The notes below the pieces were generated by a model that was not told the DNA's origin, did not search any database, and saw nothing but the letters and a program-made list of their open reading frames with translations. Position numbers and translations under genes: made by a program. Below are positions 29,049 through 37,329 of a stretch of DNA of 64,000 bases, piece after piece. Numbering within the stretch: the stretch's first letter is position 1; each line of letters starts with the position of its first letter. Source of the DNA: Auanema rhodensis (taxonomy: Eukaryota; Animalia; Nematoda). Location of the stretch: NCBI GenBank assembly GCA_964057225.1, contig OZ059900.1, positions 9,672,001-9,736,000 on the forward strand. The letters run 5' to 3'.

Positions 29049-30910
29049 TAGTGTGTATATTCATAAGTGCGTTGATGTATTTTTTGTGCTTCATGCTTAT
29101 ATGCATAAGAATTCGTGTTTTTCAAAACTTTTTACTATCATCATACAAATTTCTCATTGAAGAATATACTTTTAATTTTGCTTCCTCATTTAAAAGTTCT
29201 AAAAGTGTTTGTAAACTATTTCACCATTTTGAATCATAAATTTTGAAGAAAAAAACAAAATTATGACTAAGTTATGTCTATTAAAAAAAGGAAAGTGAGA
29301 ATCAAAACATTTGTGCGTAGGAGGATGAATAAGAGCATCACAGTCAAATAGTATTAAAAAATCACTTATCGTTTCAAACGTTCCTTATCAATCAAACATT
29401 TTTTGTTCATTTCTACACGGCTATAATGAATAAAACTATTGAAAACGAATAATATATCATCTTTTCTAATCGTTAATTCAAGAAAATGTTTCGTTTTTCA
29501 TTATTTATATTGCTAACTTGTTTTTTTCATTTCCATATTTCTAGCTCTTCCTGATATGGAACTGCGGGTTGGAGAGAGATATCGGTTAGGACGCAAAATT
29601 GGAAGCGGATCATTTGGAGATATTTATTTGGGTTTGTTCAAGCATAGTTTGAATTTAATTCATTTTTTATTGTTATAGGTCAAGATATCGTTACTAATGA
29701 AGAAGTAGCTGTAAAATTGGAATGTGCTAAGTCGAAGCATCCTCAGCTACACATTGAAGCACGCTTATATCGAGTTTTGTCCGGTGGATTTGGTATTCCA
29801 GAGGTATTTAACTATTATAATTTTTTATTTTTCACTATTTATATTATTTATTAGAAACAAATAATTGCTGTTTTAGGTGAAATGGTGTGGAATAGAAGGA
29901 GAATACAATGTGATGGTTATGGAATTGTTAGGTCCTTCGCTAGAAGATTTATTCAACTTCTGTAAACGCAAATTTTCTCTGAAAACTGTTTTACAGCTTG
30001 CCGATCAAATGGTAAACTATAAGATGACAGCATGTCAACAATAAACGTAATTCATTATAGATTTCACGCATAGAATACATTCATAATAAGGATTATATTC
30101 ATCGTGATATTAAACCAGATAATTTCCTCATGGGTCTAGGAAAACGTGGTAATCTAGTCTATGTAAGTATTTTGAGTGAAAAACGAAATTAGATTATTCT
30201 TTTTCTTAATAGGTAATTGATTTTGGTCTTGCTAAAAAATATCGTGACTCTCGCACAAGAACGCATATACCATATAGAGAGAATAAAAACCTTACTGGTA
30301 CTGCTCGCTACGCTAGTGTTAACACTCATCGTGGAATTGGTATGAGTTTAAGCTGTTATTTTCATTGAATTTATTATTTATTTTCTAGAGCAAAGTCGTC
30401 GTGATGATATTGAATCCCTTGGATATGTTTTAATGTATTTCAATCGTGGCACATTGCCATGGCAAGGATTGAAAGCGGCTACTAAGCGACAAAAGTATGA
30501 TAAGATTTCTGAAAAGAAAATCTGTACATCTGTGGATGAACTGTGTAACGGTTACCCAGGTAATCGTCCGAAGAGCTTGTATAAGCGCTTGATAACCTTT
30601 ATTTCGTTTTAGAAGCTTTTAAAAATTATCTCAAGTACTGTCGTGGACTTGGATTTGAAGAAACCCCCGATTACTATTCACTGAAGCATGGCTTCCGTCT
30701 CCTTTATGAAACTGAAAAGTATCGTTATGATCACTTATATGATTGGAACTATCACAAGTAAGTTGAACATCTTATCCTTATGAACTCATCTTAACAACAC
30801 CTGTTTATAGAACCGGAGGACGACATCAACCACAAGTTCCTCAAGCTGTGCAACGACAACCTATGGCTGCTTACAAAGCCAATAACAATCCAGTCATCCG
30901 CATGGAATGA
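13186..30910 (+). CDS. kin-20: Casein kinase I delta/epsilon (KIN-20/doubletime type), long isoform ~600 aa; exons 13186-13996, 29545-29631, 29679-29803, 29877-30011, 30061-30162, 30213-30339, 30389-30559, 30613-30757, 30811-30910
   Basis: Spliced translation gives [94 protein letters not shown] and LPWQGLKA, all CK1 hallmarks. All introns are GT-AG and in phase. The phase-1 donor after 13996 (G|GTATGT) matches the phase-1 acceptor before 29545 (...[13 protein letters not shown]). The kinase exons are near certain; the junction across 15.5 kb is inferred. Confidence 0.9.
20050..20454 (-). pseudogene. Possible decayed gene relic in the CK1 intron
   Basis: Two GT-AG intron-sized gaps (51 and 50 nt) join in phase to [61 protein letters not shown], with in-frame stops. 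Confidence 0.25.
22957..23296 (-). CDS. Candidate nested antisense gene in the CK1 intron, 94 aa (exons 23296-23234, 23178-22957)
   Basis: A 55-nt GT-AG phase-0 intron joins two overlapping ORF-track frames. Upstream on the minus strand are a pyrimidine-rich tract and the acceptors CTTTTAG and TTGCCAG. No homology recognised. Confidence 0.33.
29556..30910 (+). CDS. kin-20: Casein kinase I short isoform (~326 aa) starting MELRVG
   Basis: An in-frame ATG 11 nt after the acceptor TTTCTAG (29544) corresponds to the canonical CK1delta/epsilon N-terminus. Stop TGA at 30908-30910. Confidence 0.8.
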
Positions 30911-32661
30911 TTTAGCATATAGTATTGATTATGAGATATTTTTAAATGGCTCGTAATACTTGCTATATATACATTTTGCTTCTTATTTCATGTGTTTTTG
31001 ATTGTATTGTGCGCGCTGACTTTGAGGTAATTGATAATAATGCATTGTTTTCTACTTCACCCTTACTGATTTCAGATTATGTTTGGTAATCTCGATAACA
31101 ATCTGTGGTATGCAAGTGAACTGGGGCAAGAAGCTGCTTATTCTTGATGCCGTCATGTTATACACTACGATGCCATGTTTTGAGTATCCAGAGCAGTCTG
31201 CCCTATCCATTTGTCGTTTTGTTCTCGTGCTTTACGCACCGTCAGCTAGCGTTTCATATTAGGTATCTTTGCACACTGTCTATAGCAGATATGCAATGGA
31301 ATCGCTGTATCGCATCGAAAATATGTTTGTGCTAGTCCATGCACATGGTTCATGCACAACGTTGTTTCTACTAAAGATGTGTCTAAGCTTTAGTAAAACG
31401 GATAGTTGATTTGCAAGGTGAATTAGCTAAAATGCAGTACGTTTTCTTCGTACTCAAGTCCGATGTTATATCTTATCATCACTTCCGCATTGTAACTATT
31501 GTTCCAAACATTCCTTGGACGCAAGTATGAATGGATCACCTTGCATCATCACTCTTTGTGCCTATTGTGATTGGCATAGTAAAAGCTTCTTTGACATTTT
31601 CTCAGACCGATACCGCAAAGACCTGTGTCTAGTTTTTTTTCCATTTGCTCCTCATTTGCTTTGACGATTTTGTGTGATTTTATTAATTATATCGAATTCT
31701 TCAAATCATTTGTTTTCCGTTACAGATTTTTCTTGGCCCATGTGTTCCGGTGATATATACGTTTAAACGTTTAAACGCCTAAAACCACATAATCCACGAT
31801 GCATGTGTAATTATCTGATATTATGTTAAGCATTGCACCCACTTTTAATTCTCATTTTCTTTTTTCTCTCTCTTTTTCTCTTTTCTTTTCTCTCTTAGTA
31901 TCCAACTCGCTTGTTGTCTTCAGATGATTACGGACAAATGCTCTATCCACTAACTATTCTGTATATTACCTAGAGAAAGCCTATATTATACTTCAATTGC
32001 CGCTTCCTCATACCCTAGTTTACATCATATTTCAATGCATATTGAAACTACTAACCAGAATTTTAGTAAAACAGATGTATTCCGGTAAAATCTTCTACAA
32101 GTTCTTTCACCTATACAAAGATAGCGCTTTTATGTTCATACTCTTTCTCCTTTTCCCAACCCTCCTCTCTCTCTCTCACTCTCTGGCTCATCTTTGCGTT
32201 GTTTGCGCCTGAAAAGGCCACCCTATCACATTTACATTACTCCTACAAAAAACAGAAAAAGGAAATATTGGCTAATGCCTCTATTTCAAATAATTATTTC
32301 ATGCTACTGACCTTCGATAGGGGCAATTTGAGCCGTACTCTATGCGGGTATTCAAATATTTTTCTTGTGATTATCTTATTTGCCGGCTATATAACAGATG
32401 TCTTCACAGTCATTCTGTTTTTCTGCTTAACTTGAGATGTTGCACTCTTTCATGAATTCATTTCAAAATAATTTAACTATATGTGTATATATCAAGAAAT
32501 ATAAAATTACAAGAATATAATAATATAACGACCTGTTTGATCATTTTTCATTTTCCAATTGTAGCATGCTACATCAGCTATGAGCAGTTCGCACATAGAA
32601 GTATGTTTTAGTTTGATATTCTCTTAGAGCCTATCGGAGCCGGCTTTAGCTGTGCATGATG

Positions 32662-33083
32662 AATTGTCTTCAATTTGTTCAACCGTCTCATCCACTCATA
32701 CTCTTTCTGTTGTATGTATTTTCCTTCCTTTTCCTCTATTTCCGCAAATTCACATCACGTATCACATTGTCTTCTTTCCCTATATTTTCATCTCATATGC
32801 AACAATTGATTCCGTTCCTGAAAATTCTCAATTGAAATTGTATCCTCATTTCAACCTATTGTACTTTTAACTATGCGATGCAACTGTAATTATGTCTTCC
32901 TAACTATATCTTTCTAATATTTCTAATTTTCAAAATAGGAAATATATGAAAGAAAAGAAAATTATCAATCACTTTGTTCTTTTTGTTACTTGTTGTATAT
33001 TGATAACCGTGATTGATGTATCTAATTGTATTATTAAATGAATTGACGTGTTATTTCTAGAAAAAACCCGTTTTGTTGTGAAT
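32662..33083 (+). repeat. Direct repeat copy 1 (422 bp)
   Basis: Matches 34496-34918; the only difference I found is one T indel near the 5' end (caatttgttc vs caattttgttc). Confidence 0.95.
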
Positions 33084-33401
33084 TTCAGAAAAATCGTAAA
33101 TGAATCTGTCTTCCTAATCATGTGTTTATCTAGTTAATTACTATTTCAACATTTTATTTCAACAAATGCTTTATAAAAGCAAAATGGGACAGAAACTTTG
33201 GAATACTGAGTAAACATTCATGGCATGTAAACAAACTTTATAAAGAGGAAGCATTATTTCATTTGATAAAAAATGAACTAATTGTTTAAAAATAATTGAT
33301 AAACCTGATTGAAACTTAAATAAACAAATGAAATGAAATGAAATTCATTCTAAACTTTACAGTTGATAGTGTTCTATTCACCAGAGTCATCATTAAAATA
33401 A
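33084..33401 (+). pseudogene. Probable truncated 3' fragment of another gene inside the insert (exons ~33084-33095, 33134-33226, 33363-33401)
   Basis: An open 93-nt phase-0 exon (LITISTFYFNKCFIKAKWDRNFGILSKHSWH) between TCTAG and GTAAAC, then a TTTACAG acceptor, LIVFYSPESSLK* and AATAAA at 33428. No start codon; the fragment is cut at the repeat junction. Confidence 0.4.
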
Positions 33402-33573
33402 TAATTATATCAGCTTTATTCATATTGAATAAAAGCATTTTTTGAGGATGTCTTGGAGAAATGTTACCTTTATTCTAGTTGAAATATAGTTTTGAAGCTT
33501 TTATTGTTATAGAAATACACAGTGAAAACAAAATATGCACAGAAAATGTAAATCATGCAGTTTCCGATCTTGT

Positions 33574-34206
33574 TCATGTTGAAGAATTCTTTTTTGGAGA
33601 ATATCCCATAAGACAATCAGGAAATACGTTAATTGGCCCATCAAATGCCTTTGGATTCTAAACTCAAGTAGTTAAAAATTTGATAAGTTAATGATTAAAC
33701 TACCAAAACATAATAATCAGCTTCTTTTTTCTTCAACAGTTTATGAATATGAGGAGTTTTAACAGGGGAGTGAAATAAGGCAGTCTAGGGAAAAATGAAA
33801 TGATTTCAAAAATTTGGTAAACCTTACATCGAATTCTGCTGAATCACTTTGTCGATTATGAAGCTGAAGACAATCACTAATCTGATCCGTATCCAATGGT
33901 TTACAAACATCTTCTGGAGATTGTAAGCATCTTTTATTCATATTCAACCATTTCTGAAATCGTTCAGATTCAAACATCTTCATATTTATACAAGCTCACT
34001 CTGTAGCCTGGTAATGTGCATAACATTGCATATTGATATCTCAAAACTCGTACCAGATTAGGATCAAGTTTACTATTTGCCAGAAAATCAGTTTCTACTT
34101 CCCAAGATTTATGCTGATTGTCAAAGCTCGTTTGCAACGGTGAAGACCTAAACTCTTCCTCAGTTTTCCCATTGATTTCCACAATTGATTTAGTTATTTT
34201 TGGCAT
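33574..34206 (-). CDS. Orphan hypothetical protein, 165 aa; exons 34206-34000, 33953-33828, 33784-33704, 33657-33574
   Basis: Three phase-0 GT-AG introns of 46, 43 and 46 nt join into an open frame MPKITKSIVE...LPGYR|KWLNMNK...SAEFD|TALFHSPVKTP...YYVL|NPKAFDG...GYSPKKNSST*. A TTTTTAG acceptor (likely trans-splice site) lies just upstream of the ATG, and AATAAA lies ~70 nt after the stop. No family recognised. Confidence 0.85.
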
Positions 34207-34354
34207 TTTTATCTAAAAAATCAATTTACTAATAACTAAAAATGCTGCATATAAAAAGAAAAATCAAAGCAAATAGAGGCTTATCAAATTTCATTTTAAA
34301 TGTGAAAATTCTAAAGAGAAATATAACTAAAATATCTCTTTTACAATGATATTA

Positions 34355-34429
34355 TGGCGGCAAAACTTCAAAATTTCCCTCTGAGACTACATAAATAAAT
34401 AATTTTTATCAATAACCCGCCTAAATTTG
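34355..34429. promoter_or_regulatory. Candidate E2F/CDE-CHR-like promoter motifs upstream of the orphan gene
   Basis: TGGCGGCAAAACTTCAAA (34355-34372) and CCCGCCTAAATTTG (34416-34429), 150-220 nt upstream of the ATG in otherwise very AT-rich DNA. Spacing is not exactly canonical. Confidence 0.35.
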
Positions 34430-34495
34430 TCTAATTTTAATCCCAACTAACTTCGTCCCGTCCAAACTTCTTTATTGATATGCTTTTTCACTACA

Positions 34496-34918
34496 AATTG
34501 TCTTCAATTTTGTTCAACCGTCTCATCCACTCATACTCTTTCTGTTGTATGTATTTTCCTTCCTTTTCCTCTATTTCCGCAAATTCACATCACGTATCAC
34601 ATTGTCTTCTTTCCCTATATTTTCATCTCATATGCAACAATTGATTCCGTTCCTGAAAATTCTCAATTGAAATTGTATCCTCATTTCAACCTATTGTACT
34701 TTTAACTATGCGATGCAACTGTAATTATGTCTTCCTAACTATATCTTTCTAATATTTCTAATTTTCAAAATAGGAAATATATGAAAGAAAAGAAAATTAT
34801 CAATCACTTTGTTCTTTTTGTTACTTGTTGTATATTGATAACCGTGATTGATGTATCTAATTGTATTATTAAATGAATTGACGTGTTATTTCTAGAAAAA
34901 ACCCGTTTTGTTGTGAAT
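34496..34918 (+). repeat. Direct repeat copy 2 (423 bp)
   Basis: Same sequence as 32662-33083. The ORF track shows the identical peptide CSTVSSTHTLSVV...FNLLYF at both loci. Confidence 0.95.
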
Positions 34919-35336
34919 ATTTAATAGAGTTCTTCTAATAAATTAAGCTTAACTTGAATAACTATTTTATTATTTTCACAAATATTTTATACATGCATAT
35001 ACACATACATTTGTTCTGTTTTATTCGCAAAGGAATAAAAGTTTTACTAGAATTAAGAGGGCAAAAAGGGCTTGGTTTTGCATTCTATATACTAAACATT
35101 TCTCAGTGAATCATTAAGATAATTGATTATACTAATTGATTATTCATAGATATATGAAAAGACAAATGATTTGTATTAATAAATAATACGAGTATTGTAA
35201 AATGAATACTGATAGTATGCATGACCATAATGTGATAGAATTAACTACAAACGTTAGTAATTTCTTTTTTGTTTGTTTTTTTTTTGTTTAAAATTTAATT
35301 TGAAGTTATGGATATCACAGACTACAGCAGTCATAC

Positions 35337-37329
35337 TTATAATGCTGCCATTAATGTTTCAGCTAATGACGATGATATTGTCGACCAAAATGTTCTAGAA
35401 AGCAAATTGGCCTAAAACAACAATAAGAAAACGGATAATAATTGAAAAATTGCGCTATGGATAGAAACGAATGCTGGCTACAATCTCAGCTGCTGTTTTC
35501 TTTTCGTGTCGACTCTGATTGGCATATCGAACAGCTTCCGGAATTAGTTGGCAGGCAATAAAATCTTTCGTATCGCGCCAGATTTGTGTCTGTTGAACAA
35601 TTTTATTATGATTTTTGATATATTTACTAATTATTGATTACCTGTTTTCTGGCGCTATTTGCAATAATTTGACTTGTACGCAAACGCGAATAGCGGTCGA
35701 TTGTTTCGGCTCGTGCTTCTTGTATTATTTTCATGAGCTGCTTCTGCTCATCAATCTGAATTTTATCCGATTTATACTTTTATTTTCTATTCCGTTTACC
35801 TCCATTCGTCGAAGTAGTTCAGATCTACTAATGGGTGGAGATCTTGAATTGGTAGAAGGAGTCTGGATAACAGTAGTAGTTATCTTTGGTAATTTTGTGA
35901 GAGGCTGAGCTTTTCGTATAATCTGTAATCCAAAATTTTTTATTCACTTTCGAAGTTTGTAATATTTGGTTGATACAAAAATTTAATAGCCTGCTTACCG
36001 TCTGAGTATTCTTATTGGAGGAAGATGGGGCACTTGTTACCTTGTCGCCAACATAAAATTTAGTTGTTTTCGTGTTGATATGTTCTGATCTAGAAGCAAA
36101 ATTTGCGAATTATCCGCTTTTGTTACCCAACAATAGACTAACCTCGTTGCTCGTATTCCATTTCCATAAACTCGTAATTGCGGCACATCGTGAGCTTCAA
36201 TTGTATTGCTCAATTGAGTAAAGTTGCGAGGTTCTAACATTCAAAAATGAGTATGTCATCATCTAATACGCTAAAATAGTTATACCTTTTCCAATTGCAG
36301 CAGTAACGTTTGTTTTGGATGAGCCATTACGGATAGCAGGTACTATAACATAATGTTATTTTTTATAACTTTATTGATTGCTCTTGTTAATTTCATTTGT
36401 GCACTATGATAAGTATAACACTCACCAGGGGAACTGGAACTTAATTTTCTATGCATGTTTGAGGAAGAAAATAGAGGTTCTCGACGAAATTGACCTGTTC
36501 ATAATATTATGTAAAATGGAAGAATAGCGAGATAATAGGAAAACTGAATGGAAATTATAAAGAAAATTACCTTTTTCAACAGAATTTTGCTCGTAGGATT
36601 GATCTGCATGCGGAGCTTGTCTGAAAAGATGTGATAATATATATCTATATATATATATATCAATGTATATATATATAGATATATATACATATAGTTAATA
36701 GCTATGTTGCTGAAAACGTTGATGATAATGATGATGAAGCAATTCATGCAACTCTCACATTGATACACATGTACGATTATAACATATTTAACACATACTG
36801 CCTAGATAATGATGGGAATGAGCTCGCGTATCCGTTATGCTTTGAGAATGTGACTGATGTTGTCTTTCCGGGCTCTAATCTATTACTGAAAATTAGTAAA
36901 GATAATTGATGCAAATGAAGTATTTGACAGCTTGGTGCTTTTTCAATTTCATCATCTTTATGCTCTTATGTTTATTTCATTTAAGATGCACCCGGATGAC
37001 ATGAAGAACGGATATTAGATGGTGGTCAAAGTTCTTTTGCAAGAACTGCTTTCAGTGAAGGTGGGTGAACATTCTTATTTTATTTATTATCTTTTACTTA
37101 TTAAAAAGTATGCAAAATTGGAAGTTTTGCAAGAAAATGCCTGCTTTGAGGATTAGCATAATGAGTACTACATTCATGTTTTGAACTACTTTTACGTACA
37201 ATTTAAGCATTAAGTTTACCTCAACTTTGAGCGCATTAGGGGAACAAATTGTTGCTGCTGATGTACATTCTCGAGTGCTGCTACACGCTCACGCACTGAT
37301 ACCAGACGTTCTCTAGCTGCCATAGTCAT
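35337..37329 (-). CDS. Hypothetical protein ~324 aa, 11 exons: 37329-37220, 36885-36799, 36620-36571, 36494-36426, 36342-36286, 36233-36143, 36089-35999, 35922-35800, 35755-35642, 35589-35482, 35411-35337
   Basis: Ten GT-AG introns with consistent phases give a 975-nt open frame: MTMAARERLVSVRERVAALE, an S/T/P-rich middle, and a helical C-terminus ELLRRMEIDEQKQLMKIIQEARAETIDRY...LAETLMAAL*. The start may extend upstream. Confidence 0.85.

Noticed and set aside
32662-34918. LTR retrotransposon or TRIM reading of the direct repeats
   Set aside because: No TG...CA termini, PBS/PPT or gag/pol; the interior is an intron-containing cellular-type gene.
36986-37066. Plus-strand exon-like segment inside an intron of the minus-strand gene
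   Set aside because: Stops in all three frames and no partner exons.
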